Assembly: GCF_006345805.1 (NCBI RefSeq) | Contig: NC_042998.1 | Span: 84,444,001-84,508,000 of the forward strand | Source: Octopus sinensis | Taxonomy: Eukaryota | Length of the DNA stretch: 64,000 nt | Direction of reading: 5' to 3' | Part shown: positions 50,743 to 63,684 of the stretch, piece after piece | Numbering within the stretch: position 1 is the stretch's first letter | How the letters are laid out: each line of letters opens with the position of its first letter | The notes under the pieces: generated by a model | Told to the model about the DNA's origin: nothing | Database searches by the model: none | The model's input: only the letters and a program-made list of their open reading frames with translations | Translations under genes and position numbers: made by a program

Positions 50743-52469
50743 TGTTTCTATGTGTAACAACAATATTTTAATGCCCACTCTTTTATGTTTGCATGGGTAG
50801 GAGAGAATTTGAATCAGACTGTCTACAGTTGGATGCCCTTCCTTTCACCAACCCACCTACCTGTTTTCAAGCAAGGTAATATGTCCATATCACCAGAAAT
50901 GTTTTTCATTTCTTGCGAGAAGATTGGAAGTGAGACTTGTGTGACAGTGATGTCAAGACGAGAAAACATGAAACACAATAGTAGTTTCCATCTATTAATT
51001 CCACTCACAAGGGTTTGGGTGATCCAAGCCTATAGTAAAATAACACTTGCCCAAAGTGTCACACAAAGGCACCGAGTTTGAAATCAGCAAACTACTTAAC
51101 TGCATAGCCATGCCAGTGTCTTTATATAGTGTGTGTGTGTGTGTGGAGGGGGGGATGCATTCTGTTATTGATCCAGCTGGAAATAGATATTTAATATACA
51201 CAGAAATTAAATGCAAGCTACTATAAGTTTCATGCTGCTGATGATACAATAGTCAGATGAGATTATATAGCATGATGTGTACAATCCTGCAATTATTCAG
51301 ACTCATTGATTGATCCCAAAACCACATGGTGCACACAGCCATGTTTGCATATCATTTAATGTCCATGTCCCATACTGGCATAGATTGAATGGTTCAAGAG
51401 CATCAGATGAATCCAAGGACTACAGCATACTCTAATGTCAATTTTGGCATGGTTTTTACAGCTGGGTGCCTTTCCTAACACCAATCACTTTACAGTGTGT
51501 ACTGACTGTATTTTTCATGTCACTGGCATTAGCGAGGTCAACATTATGCTAGGAAATGAGTGGTTAAAGAAGAGTAGTGGAGAAGGTTCTTGTAGAAGAG
51601 CAACACAGCTACTCACGTTTAGAAGAGAGAGTGAGAATGATCAGCAGGAGATTCAAAGTGATATGATATTGGTGATGAGTGTTCAGGTGGCCAATCAAGT
51701 TACAAGGAGAGTAGAAGTGAGTGGGGACAGAGGAATTAGGACTTCAGGTAGGTGTTTGCAAAAGGTGAGTATGGGGAGCAAGATATGGGGGAATGGGAGA
51801 GGAGAGGCAACAACTTTGTATAAAAACAATTCTAAATCGCAGAAATATTGGTGAGAATGACATTGAAAGAATCTAACTAGTTGCTGCACAGTTTTGTTTG
51901 TTTGTTACTATTTATATATGACATTGATGTACAGTTACAGCAACACATACACACTAATCTCTATCCACCAACACCCACCCTCTCTCTCTCTCTCTCTCTT
52001 TCCCCTCTCTCTCGTTCATAATGCAATCATTGCCAGATTCCATGTTACTTTTCTGAAGAAAGAAAGTCTGCCAGTTTTTGAATTAGGTTTGTTTCTATTG
52101 AATGGTGGCATCATTGTTTACATTGCTTTGCTAGTTTGGTAGGAAGCAGACAGAAGACAAACCAGCAAAATACAACAAAACAAAACAAAAACAACCATTT
52201 TATCAACATGTCATAAATAAGACTAGCATCACTCGAAATTACATTTGTTATAGAGTGGCAGTGGTTACTGTGAAGTTAAGGGAAGGTGGGTACGTAGATT
52301 CACCATCATCATCATTGGTTCTATATACTCTTCATCTATGCTGACATGGGCTGGAAGAGATATTTTGAGACAGTATTTTGTGGATGGATTCCTTTCCTGA
52401 TGCCAAATATAACCTGGTTTTGAAGTAAAGTTCATTAACCTACTGGTCTTTGCATGTTAAGCTGTAGAG

Positions 52470-52759
52470 CAGAGGTTCTCAAACATTTTGGGCCACTGCC
52501 CACCTCATGACCACATAATACCCTCAGTACCCCCTCCCCTATTTTTATGTGTAAATAAATATTTTATATTTTACTATTTTATATATGCTATGAATCATTT
52601 GATATTTAATATTATATAATTTGGATACAATACTATAATATAATAAATTCATAGCGTACCTCAATCCACTGCCTTCCTTCCAATGCCTCCTTTTTCTCTA
52701 CTGCCTGTCACCCCCCATACCACCCCCTTAGACACCAGTGCCCACTTTGAGAACCTATG
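52470..52759. mobile_element. hAT MITE
   Basis: TIR cagaggttctcaaa / tttgagaacctatg (1 mismatch); perfect 8-bp TSD ctgtagag at 52462-52469 and 52760-52767. Confidence 0.92.
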
Positions 52760-53520
52760 CTGTAGAGCATAAATGTTACTAATGCCCAAGCAGTGTCATT
52801 TCAAAGACATCTATCTATCTGTTCATTTATTGTTCATCTATTTCCCATGCTAGCATGAGTTACATACATATATTGTGGCATTGTTTTACAGCCTGATGCC
52901 CTTCTTGTCATTAACCCTTACTTTTTCAGGAGTGGCCATGTGGTAAGTAGCTTGCTTACCAACTACATGGTTCCGGATTCAGTCCCACTGCATGGCACTT
53001 TGGGCAAGTTTCTTCTACTATAGCCTCAGGCTGACCAAAGCCTTATGAGTGGATTTGGTAGACAGAAACTGAAAGAAGCCCATTGTGTGAGTGTGTGTGT
53101 GTGAGTATATATATAAATATATATATATATACACACACACACCCTCTACAATGTTACATCTACTAACTGACACTTATAAACTTTCACCTCCGTAAAAAAC
53201 CCATCACTGAAGTTCTTTGGAAACATAATGTGAACTACTGCCTAAAATTACCTTTCCTGAAAAAATTCCTCCTGAGAACGATTATATTCACCTATCCACC
53301 ACTGGATGAAATAACATGAATCTTATAATACATCACAGGAAGTCTGTATCTTATTTCCCCTTGCTATGCCCAGATCATTATACTATGATGTACATCACTT
53401 GTATTCTTGTGCTTGTTCTTATTCTTACTCTTATTCTTTTTCTACTCTGTTTCAAAAAGACGAATACACTGTAGCTATTATTAACTGACTTTTATGTGTT
53501 ATCCCCCCACCCCCAACCAT

Positions 53521-53655
53521 TTAGACCCTCTGAAGAAGCCTAGGGGCGCATTCATTATCCAAGCCTTATCTGCTCATTCCTGCATAACACTGAAGAGATG
53601 GAGATAACCTGGAAGTTTACATTGCCTCTTGGCAGAAACGGCCGTAAGGAACTAG
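53521..53655 (+). ncRNA. Type I hammerhead-ribozyme-like motif with extended stem II, in a Penelope-like remnant
   Basis: CUGAAGA 53530-53536; stem II gccuaggggc/gccucuuggc (9/10 pairs); GAAAC-ggcc-GUA with palindrome ACGGCCGT; stem I ccu/agg plus uuag/cuag. Confidence 0.65.
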
Positions 53656-53749
53656 CACCTGCACATCCATTCTGTTTTATTGACAATCTGCTCATTTGCT
53701 CAATTGCTCACTTGTTTCTATATGCTTATATGCTTCTACTTTTTGTGAG

Positions 53750-53990
53750 TGAAGGAGCCTTATGAGAACAACATTTCTGAGGTTACTCAATACAACAAAG
53801 AGAGACTATTCCCTCAACAAAAGCATCAAGCTGAAGCATTTAAAAACATTGGCCTGGCCAGTAGCCTTTTTAATGGGTGTGAAGCATGGGCCCTAAGAAT
53901 GGCAAACACCAAGGGATTGAGGATGTCGAAGATGATGTGACATGCAAATGCTGTTGAGCAGTTGAGTGGTCCACAGAACAAATGATTCAG
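53750..53990 (+). mobile_element. RTE-like LINE fragment
   Basis: LFNGCEAWAL resembles the RTE LLYGCEAW motif. Confidence 0.45.
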
Positions 53991-54189
53991 TCCTGGAAGA
54001 GATGGAGCAGTGAAATCATTTAATATTGATTTCAAATTTGGACACAAGGCCAGCAATTTTGTGGGAAGGGACAAGTAGATTACATTGACCTCCGTGTTCA
54101 ATTGGTACTTATTTTATCAATCCAAATGGACAAAAGGCAGAGTCAGATAATTTTTAACATTAAGAAAGAAATATGAAATTTTTCTATAT

Positions 54190-54560
54190 CCATCCTTTCA
54201 TTTTTGCTACCCACTATTCCTGGAAGGGTTGCAGGAGTAGAGTTCTCAGGTACCTCTTCCATAGAGTCCTATCAGAAGCAACTATCATTACACTTTCTGG
54301 CTACATTCCCAAGCATGCCCAACTAAGACAATGGATATTATCTAGCAATCTCTTTCTTGGTCTACCCCTAGGTCTTCTGCCAGTTGGTTTGGCTTGAAGA
54401 ATCTCTCTTGTGATTCTTTCTAGCAACTTTCTAACAATAAGTCTGTAGTACCAGGGCTGTGACCTCTCACTGCAGAGAAATAGCAGTCCAATCTGAAGAG
54501 ACACCCTGATCTCCAAACTATGCAGCCTGTTACTCCAAAAATCCTTCAGAGGAACCTCAA
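54190..54560 (-). mobile_element. RTE (Rex3/Expander-like) LINE 3' fragment
   Basis: ERSQPWY..REILQAKPTGRRPRGRPRKRLLDNI..LSWACLG. Confidence 0.7.
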
Positions 54561-54844
54561 TTTGTTGTTCAAATACTAAAGAAGATTATTTTTGAATAGT
54601 GAATTAAGGGTCAGCCAGGCAGGTGGAGCCCATTGCTACTAATTATTAACTATGAATAAAATGAATTTAAAAATAAGTAGAATGAAATCTTCTGACCTGA
54701 AATTGAACTTGTATTGTAAGTCTCAATTGTCAGGTGTCTAACCGCCCCTCTATGGCACTCATTCATATTGCAGGGCAAGATTAAAATCTGAGTTGATCTT
54801 CATTTTATTACATTTGCTTCTACTTTTTGTGAGTGAAGGAGTGT

Positions 54845-55795
54845 ATGAGAGAGAAAGAGCAAGAGAGAGAGAAAGAAAGAGAGAGCGAGAGAGACAGAGC
54901 AAGAGAGAAAGAAAGAGAGAGTGAGAGAGACAGAGCAAGAGAGAAAGAAAGAGAGAGCGAGAGAGACAGAGCAAGAGAGAAAGAAAGAGAGAGTGAGAGA
55001 GACAGAGCGAGAGAGAAAGAAAGAGAGAGCGAGAGACAGAGCAAGAGAGAAAGAAAGAGAGAGCGAGAGAGACAGAGCAAGAGAGAAAGAAAGAGAGAGC
55101 GAGAGAGACAGAGCAAAAGAGAAAGAAAGAGAGAGCGAGAGAGAGAGCAAAAGAGAGAGACAGAGTGAGAAACAGAGAGAAGAAGAGAGAGTGAGAGAAA
55201 GAGAGAGCAAGAGAGAAAGAAAGAGAGAAGAAGAGAGAGTGAGAGAAAGAGAGAGCAAGAGAGAAAGAAAGAGAGAACGAGAGAGACAGAGCAAGAGAGA
55301 AAGAAAGAGAGAGTGAGAGAGAAAGAAAGAGAGAACAAGAGACAGAGCAAGAGAGAAAGAAAGAGAGAGTGAGAGAGACAGAGCAAGAGAGAAAGAAAGA
55401 GAGAGCGAGAGAGACAGAGCAAGAGAGAAAGAAAGAGAGAGTGAGAGAGAAAGAAAGAGAGAGTGAGAGAGAGAGAGCAAAAGAAAGAGACAGAGAGAGG
55501 AAGAGAGAGTGAGAGAAAGAGAGAGTGAGAGAAAGAGAGAACGAGAGAAAGAGAGAGCGAGAGAAAGAGAGAGCGAGAGAAAGAGAGAGCAAGAGAAAGA
55601 GCGAGCAAGAGAAAGAGAGAGCGAGAGAAAGAGAGAGTGAGAGAGCGAGAGAAAGAGAGAGTGAGAGAGAAAGAGAGAGAGAGCGAGAGAGAAAGAGAGA
55701 GTGAGAGAAAGAGAGAGTGAGAGAGAAAGTGAGAGTGAGAGAGAAAGTGAGAGCAAGAGAGAAAGAGAGAGACTGAGTGAGCGAGAGAGTGCATG
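54845..55795. repeat. Purine-rich compound satellite; 36-bp unit aagagagaaagaaagagagagcgagagagacagagc decaying to (GA)n variants
   Basis: Read directly; it explains the long L/S/F and R/E ORFs. Confidence 0.95.
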
Positions 55796-56297
55796 TGTGT
55801 GTGTGTGTGTGTGCATGCACAATCAGACAGTCATAGAAGTAGAGAAATCCCTAGATACACTTTTCATGAAATAGAAACATTACTGCACGCAATTTTCTAA
55901 GTGATCTTTTAAACTCACCTAGTTTCCTAACTTTTAGCAAAAAATAAAACACTGAATACTAATCATACTATTTCCGTCATAATGTTGTTACTAAAATAAA
56001 CAAGGTCGTCAAAATTCCAAAGCCAAAATCAAACCAGATGCTATAGTTTGGATGAAGCAGGAAGGAAATAGGAATATGGAAACAAGAACACAATAGGCAT
56101 GAGTTGTTTTCTGAGGAAATTATGGCTTTAAACATCATAACAGAAATGTTTTAATTAACATAACAAAGATGAGCAAAACAGTTGTCAATATTGTTTATTT
56201 TTATGTATATAGACACTGGTCTGGTGAAGATGGCATTGGCACTACAAAATCTAATGTGGTGCCTTGTGAATCAATTCACATCAGATACTGCCAAACT

Positions 56298-56600
56298 TGT
56301 GGAGGCACATGGCCTAGTAGTTAGAGCAGTGGACTCACAGTCAAAAGATTGCAGGTTCGAATCTCAGACTGGGCGATGTGTGTGGTTATGAATGAAACAC
56401 CTAAGCTCCATGCAGCTCCAGCAGAAGGTAAGGGCAAACTACTGCTGACTCTTTTGCCACAACTTTCTCTCACTCTTTCCTCCTGCATCTAGCAGCTCAT
56501 CTGCAATGGACCCGCATCCCATCCAAGTGGGGAATCTATATGCCAATGAAACTGAGGAAATTGGCCCTTATGAATCAGGCATGGCTTGAGAAGGAACAAG
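56298..56600 (+). mobile_element. tRNA-headed SINE, S2 variant with a longer core
   Basis: A box tggcctagtag, B box ggttcgaatc, S2-like tail atggacccgcatcccatccaag. Confidence 0.65.
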
Positions 56601-57479
56601 CAACAAGAACTGCCAAACTTCACTGCCGTTATCTACAACATGAATAGATTTGAAATATATGTGTGAGAGAGAGAGAGATGTTTATAGAGGTTTATGGTCA
56701 TGTGGTGCCTTCATTAGTGGAAATCCGAAGAGGTTTGTATATAAATGTTGCTGTTTATATACATTGTGGCATAGAAACTGGAACGAGGGAAATGGCTGAG
56801 ATATACTTTTCTACTCTAGGCACAAGGCCCGAAATTTATGGGGAGGGGGTCAGTTGATTAGATCGCTCCCAGTATGCAACTGGTACTTAATTTATCGACC
56901 CCGAAAGGATGAAAGGCAAAGTTGACCTTGGCGGAATTTGAACGTAGAATGCAACGACAAACAAAATGCCACTAAGCATCTTGCCCAGAGTGCTAATGAT
57001 TCTGCAGCTCGCCACCTTATGGCTGAAATATAAAAACATAACCATGTTCAATTTGCTATGCAAAAGTATTTTTTGGGGGATGATTGATTGAATCTCTAAT
57101 AAAATTAAAAACAAAATTCATCTCTTTTGATAACAACCCTCTTTTGACAGAACTCCTAGTTCTAGGATAAAAAACTTCTCATTTTAAAGTGTTCTAAATT
57201 AAATATCCCATCAAAATTTCATGTTAATCTGTGTTCCAAATATCTGCTTAGTAATGACAGTTATTATATCCTTCATTATTTTCAAAATTAACCGAAATAA
57301 AGGTAGTGTATTTAAACACTAATATGGTAACAAAAGGGTTAAAGTTAACTTATAGAAGTTACACTAATTACATGGATAATTATCCCATAATTCTGAAAAT
57401 TTCTTACTTTTCAAATCAATTCATGAAAATGCTGAATAAAAGTGAAAGGAATCAGATTCAGAGCATGCACACACACACG

Positions 57480-57830
57480 CAAATTGGTGAGGTAGGAACT
57501 TTGCTTTCCAACCATATGGTTTCTAGTTCAATCTCACTATGTGGTACCTTGGGTGAGTGTCTTCTGCTATTGCCTTGGGCTGACCAAAGCTTTGTAAGTG
57601 GCTTTGGCAGACAGAAATTGAAAGCAGCCCATTGTATATGTGCATTTATGTAGGTGTAGGCAATTTTGTCCCCCAACACAGCTTGATAACCAGTAACTTA
57701 GTGGTTCGGCAAAAGAGACCAATAGAATAAGTACCAGGCTTATAAAAAAAAAATTGGGGTCGATTCATTTGACGAAAATTCAAAGTGGTGCTCCAGTATG
57801 GCTACAGTTTGATGACTGAAACAAGTAACA
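57480..57830 (+). mobile_element. SINE S1
   Basis: Head, core and tail gtggtgctccagtatggctacagtttgatgactgaaacaag. Confidence 0.7.
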
Positions 57831-57844
57831 GAAAATACACACAC

Positions 57845-58330
57845 ATCATTATCATCATTTAACATCTGTTTTCCATACTGGTATGGATTGCATGGTTTGA
57901 CTGAGGACTGGCAAGCTGAGAGGCTGCACCATGCTCCAATCTGATCTGGCAATGTTTCTACAGCTGGATGTCCTTCCTAACGCCAACCACTCCAAGAGTG
58001 TAGTGGATGCTTTTTACATGCTTCCGGCATGGGAGACAGTCAGGCAGCACTGGCATTAGTCATGTTCGGATAGTGCTTTTTACATGCCACCGGCACAGGA
58101 AGCCAGTCAGGTGGCACTGGCATCAGCCACAACTACAATTTCCATTTGATCGTGATTTGATTTTACTTGAATCAATAGGTCTCCTCAAGCACAGCATGTT
58201 GCCTGACGATTCAAAGGTACTTTCTAAATGGGCTGGTTATGTGACACTGGTGTAGGCTACAGCTGTGATCTTACTTTACTTGACGGGTCTTTTCAATCAC
58301 AGCATATCTCCAAAGGTCTCGGTCTTTCGT
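57845..58330 (-). mobile_element. RTE LINE 3' UTR
   Basis: Colinear with 10893-11300. Confidence 0.7.
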
Positions 58331-59604
58331 CATTTCCCAAAATTACACATGCATTGGATTCAAAGAGCTTCTATGAATTTCTACCAATCACAAGCTTAAG
58401 CTATCCTAACAGTCTTTGTCCATTTACCATTGTTCTTAACCCATTTACTACCAATACACAACAGCACTGGTAGTATGGTGGACAAAATGCTTTGCAATAT
58501 CTAGTGGTGTATCTGTAACAATACTATCATTTATTTAGCCATTGTTGCACAATTTTGTCAGATATTTTTAGTTTCTCCAGATATTACTACATCAAAGTAA
58601 TTAGGTACTACTTTAACATTTACTCTTGTTAGGCTGCAAAAATATCAGTTCTCCATTTGCAGTTTCAAACAGCAATTGTGCAAATTGGAATAATTCTGCT
58701 TTTGCTTAAAATGTTGCTTCTGTATAGGCAAGAGTACTTGATAATGTGCCAAACAAAGGACAACAGTACTGAAATGATGTGCCTGAATTTGGTTTAAAAC
58801 ATTGCTAATGAGCAGAATTAAGAAATACATCTATTGTTGTATCTTGTAAAAGTGTAGTCAACCAATAAATGGGGATTTTGCCACCATTTTTGTTGAGTCA
58901 AGAAGTTTAGGGCACCATTATGATTTTGAATATATACTATAATTAATGGCACATAATTTTCAAATGTCCTATATATGAAATTGGGATACCTATAAGTTTT
59001 AATGCACTAACGCCCACCACCACCAACGAATATGAGCTGCTGAAATTGAGGTACATCTCATATGCCTGTGTGTTATTTATGTTATAAAATATAAAAATTA
59101 CTCCTTCAGTCAGTATTTTAATTTCAACTAACAAATTTGCAATCTACAAAAGAGCAGCTCCAATGGAGTAATGTATGTGTATTACTTCAACAGAAATTCC
59201 TAAGTCAATGACTATTCAAAGTTTTGAATGATTGTCAAATATGCAATTCCACTTTGTGTCAATACATGCAACAGGCAGTTAAAAGATGAAAGTTTACAAT
59301 TTTAGTCATATCAAGTAGACTTTAGAGGCAGAGGTTCCCCAAATTGGTAGAACCATATATTCTACAGACATGATAAACTTCAGTTACTAGTAATTGCCTA
59401 TTTCAATTTTCAGAATTGTCTTTTTAACAATGTTCAGCTTTTTGCAGGACTTTTATCATAGCACCAGCATTAGAGAGGCTGTCCAGTCCTCAGCAAAACA
59501 AGATTAAAAGTGACCTCTTAATACAAAATTGCTCACAATATTTAGAATATTTTGGTTTCAAGTTCCATCAATGACGAATGTGATCTTTGCATTTTATCTT
59601 TTCA

Positions 59605-60020
59605 GGATCACCAACATCATTTAACATCCACTTTTCCATACTTGCATGGGTCAAATGGAATTTGTTGAGGCAGGTTTTCTATGGCTGGATTCTTTTCCTG
59701 TTGCCAATGATCATCTATTTCTGAGCACAGAAATACTTCCCCATAGCCAGGCATGTTTTTTTTTAATGTCTGGAAATGAATAACACTCATATGATGGTAA
59801 TACTTGCTTACAACTATCATATAATGTCAAGACAAAGGTACATAAAAATACACACAAATGATGGGCTTCTTTCAGTTACCATTTACCAAATCCACCCATA
59901 AGGCTTTGGTCAGCTCAGGGTTATAGTAGAAGACACTGGCCTAAGCTACCACACAGTGAGACAGAATCCAAAACTACATGGTTTAGAAGCAAATGCCTTA
60001 ACCATACAGCCTTGTCTATG
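59605..60020 (-). mobile_element. SINE with an S1 head and an RTE-type tail
   Basis: Reverse complement of the 30420-30865 layout. Confidence 0.65.
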
Positions 60021-61119
60021 CCTATTGATTAAGACTTATACACAGAAGAAAATGCTTTCAATTCTTGATTGAAATTATTTTTTTTAAGAAACACCACTGA
60101 TACATCTGGGATCAGGATAAACATCAAAACTATACATTTTCCTCTTCACCTTGTGTATATAACCTTTCACATAATGAAAAGAAACTATTTACTTCATTAT
60201 AAAGTATAACTGAACAGATCGTAAATGATGAATGACTGATACACACAACATATACAGCTGAAAAAATAATGAACCAAAAGTGAATATAACAACTTAGATT
60301 GTGTTGAAACCAAAACAGTTGATTCACAGTATTATAGTGGCAAATTGATATACATCTAAGATCAAATGACTTATACACTTGTCAGACAAGTATATAAAAG
60401 AAAGGAATTTATAAAGGTTCAATCTGGCTACAAATACTGATAAAACATTGTGGACTATTGCCTTAAAAAGATAATATTATCACAATCTTTGCTGGTTGGT
60501 ATTTTATTTCCCTTTGTTAAACACTGTATCTCAAACAAAGCTTAACAAAATATTTGCTTTTTAGTCAAAGTGTATCTTTTATGTAGCAGTGACAAGAATT
60601 CGTAAATATGTCCATCCATATTAGTAATTATCATAATAAACACATTAACTTGAATTAGTAATGGGAAAAATAATGCTAGTAATTGCCTCCTAAAATGACA
60701 AAAGCAAATACTGGTGGGTGCTAAGGCAGCTCAGTGTCAAATTGTTAGGGTAGAGCTAGGTATTTTACACACACACACACACCACACACACACACACATA
60801 TGTGTGTGCATACATACATATAAAAACATTTGGCATCAATTTGTTAAAGTGCTATTTACTCTGAGTATTGTTACTGGCATATCACGACTGACACAACAGG
60901 ACAATAAGATCTGGAATCATGAGTGAAAATCATTAGCAGCAAAAATGTAGGGAAAAATAAAATAAAATGAAATGAGTCAAAATGTTTTTCAATGACTACA
61001 TTTCTATGCATTAAATGTAAACATTGTCCTTGGATAGATAGGACATAAAAAGAAATGAAGAAAACAAGCATTTAAGAGGAAAGGAAGCAAACACCAGTTT
61101 TAACAAACTTTGTTGTATA

Positions 61120-61360
61120 ACATCAAAATAACTATGAGAAATATGGAGCTGGCTGGTCTCATGTCATCTCAACTCAGGGCATTCCAGATTCTCTCATCTC
61201 CTCCTACTTCTCCCACTCTTCCTCCCATTACCCATGTTGAGTCCAACCCTCCAGCTTACTCTCCCCAGAATGTTGAACCTCTGGATTCACCAGCTTGCCC
61301 TCATGTTTTTCCTGCAGGTGTTGAATTCCAACAATTCAAGTGAAACATTTAACTACATCA
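61120..61360 (+). mobile_element. Old CR1/L2-group LINE C-terminal fragment
   Basis: PRMLNLW / PHVFPAGVEFQQFK*NI; same family as 41390-41840. Confidence 0.5.
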
Positions 61361-61513
61361 CTAATCATGAAGTGTCTTTAAAGGTCATGACACTGTCCCT
61401 TACCACAGACCCAGCAAAAAGAAAACAAATTTGTATGCAACAAGTAGTTGCTTTGACTTGAACTCTAAAACATTAACCAGCTTAAGATATGTCACTTTCC
61501 TACAGGAACTTAA

Positions 61514-61954
61514 TCCTTTTGTAACCAGATTTCTGTTGAAATATTCCATCTTTAATTCAATTTCGAAAAGAATGAAAAATTTAATAAAGTAACTTTGCTA
61601 TTATTAAACTGGTATTTGGAAAAAATTAATGCAAAATTTCCATGAAAGGTTTCAATTTAGGTCACTTTAAAGCATGAAGTTTGTATCATAGAACCAGAGG
61701 CAGTCTCAGGCATATTCTTTTCAACTCTAGGCCTGAAATTTTGGGGGAGGGGGGCCCAGTCAATTAGATCGATCCCAGTAGGCAATTGGTACTTAATTTA
61801 TCGACCGTGAAAGAATGAAAGCAAAGTTGATCTTGGTGAAATTTGAACTCAGAATGTAAAGATAGGCAAAATACCACTAAGCATTTCACCCAGTGTGCTA
61901 ATGTCTCTGCCAGCTCACTGCCTTGCAGTCTCAGACATATTGGAATCAAAAGGG
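61514..61954. mobile_element. piggyBac-like MITE interrupted by a SINE
   Basis: TTAA at 61510-61513 and 61955-61958; right end aaaaggg. Confidence 0.7.
61717..61925 (-). mobile_element. SINE S3 with a 16-bp TSD
   Basis: cagtctcaggcatatt (61701-61716) / cagtctcagacatatt (61926-61941). Confidence 0.85.
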
Positions 61955-62150
61955 TTAACTATAATACAGTTGAATAATATGATATTAGAGTTGTTTACGT
62001 ACAATCCTCTGGAATGTTATATTTTGCTATAGTTTATAAAAGATAGAATACAACACAACAAAAGGCAAGTCAAATTCAATCACATATAATAGTACAGAAA
62101 TATGACTACTTATTTGTTGGGTTTTTTTCTTTCTTTTTCTCTTCCTTCAG

Positions 62151-62154
62151 ACTG
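62151..62154 (+). other. Candidate 4-nt microexon (ACTG)
   Basis: Long polypyrimidine tract, cag|ACTG|gtaagc; no transcript evidence. Confidence 0.25.
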
Positions 62155-62569
62155 GTAAGCTAAGAATCATTCTGTTTTTATTCTGCGAGTTTGTTGGAAA
62201 AGAAAACATGATTGATATAAAAGGGAGCTTTGATATTTTGTAAATATGTCTAGAATGGTAACCAAATATCAACATCTCAATTGTGAGAGAAGTGAAAGAA
62301 AAAACAGGAATTACTGAAGGGTCAGCCACAAGAGTGGAGGCATGTGGCTTAGTGTTAGGGTACTAGACTATACTTGCAAGTTATACTTTCAATTCTTGTA
62401 CCGGGTAATTTGTTTTGTTCTTGAGCAAAACACTTCATTTCATGTTGCTACAATTCCTTTAGCTAGCAAAAGTGAGTATTTCTGTGATGGACCAGAAACC
62501 AGAAAACTGGTCCTATGAATCTATATGACTTGGAAAGGAGAAGGCTACAAGATAACTCTGCAAAAATAT

Positions 62570-62783
62570 ACTCTTTTACTTGTTTCAGTCATTTGAATGT
62601 GGCCATGCTGGAGCACCGCCTTTAGTCAAGCACATCGACCCCAGGACTTATTCTTTGTAAGTCTAGTACTTATTCTATCGGTCTCTTTTGCCAAACTGCT
62701 AAGTTACGGGGACGTAAACACCAGCATCGGTTGTCAAGCGATGTTGGGGGACGGGACAAACACAGGCACACAAACATATACAT

Positions 62784-62832
<49 letters not shown>

Positions 62833-63000
62833 TATGACAGGCTTCTTTCAGTTTCCATCTACCAAATCCACTCACAAGGCTTTGGTTGGCCCAAGGTTAT
62901 AGTAGAAACACTTGCCCAAGGTGCCACGCAGTGGGACTGAACCCGGAATCATGTAGTTTGTAAGCAAGGTACTTACCACACAGCCACTCCTACGCCTATA
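62570..63000 (-). mobile_element. Young full-length SINE S1
   Basis: CpGs retained; tail, (TA)n/(CA)n and head all present. Confidence 0.9.
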
Positions 63001-63251
63001 TCTCAACCTTTAGTATCAATCTACATATTTCTTGGATGCTTTAGATATAGCCAGGTGTACAATTTACTGTTTTAGTGTTCTGAGATCATATTATTTTAGA
63101 GTCATCATTTTAATGCCCAGTTTTCCTGTTTGCATGGGTGGGATGGAATTTAATGCAGCAGATTTACTATAGTTGGAAGCCCATCCTGTCGCCAACCCTA
63201 ACCTGTTTCCAAGCAAGATTATGCTTAATATTCCTCAGAGTTTAAAACAAT

Positions 63252-63413
63252 AGGTGTGGGAGTGGCTGTGTGGTAAGTAGCTTGCTTACCAACCTAATGG
63301 TTCCAGGTTCAGTCCCACTGCATGGCACCTTGGGTGAGTGCCTTCTACTATAGCCTCAGGCTGACCAAAGGCTTGGGAGTGGATTTGGTAGATGGAAACT
63401 GAAAGAAGCCCGT
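63252..63413 (+). mobile_element. SINE S1 5' half
   Basis: Head and core followed directly by (CGTG)n; 3' half absent. Confidence 0.8.

Positions 63414-63684
<271 letters not shown>

Noticed and set aside
54759-55822. ORFs of 324-353 aa (L/S/F-rich) and R/E-rich ORFs
   Set aside because: Translations of the GA-rich satellite; stop-free only because of base composition.
59332-59345. hAT-like TIR cagaggttcccca
   Set aside because: No matching right TIR or TSD found.
63195-63242. Minus-strand CUGAGGA...GAAAC-ag-GUU hammerhead-like match
   Set aside because: Stem II is not adjacent to the core, there is no stem I, and the GAAAC part is ordinary RTE-tail sequence.
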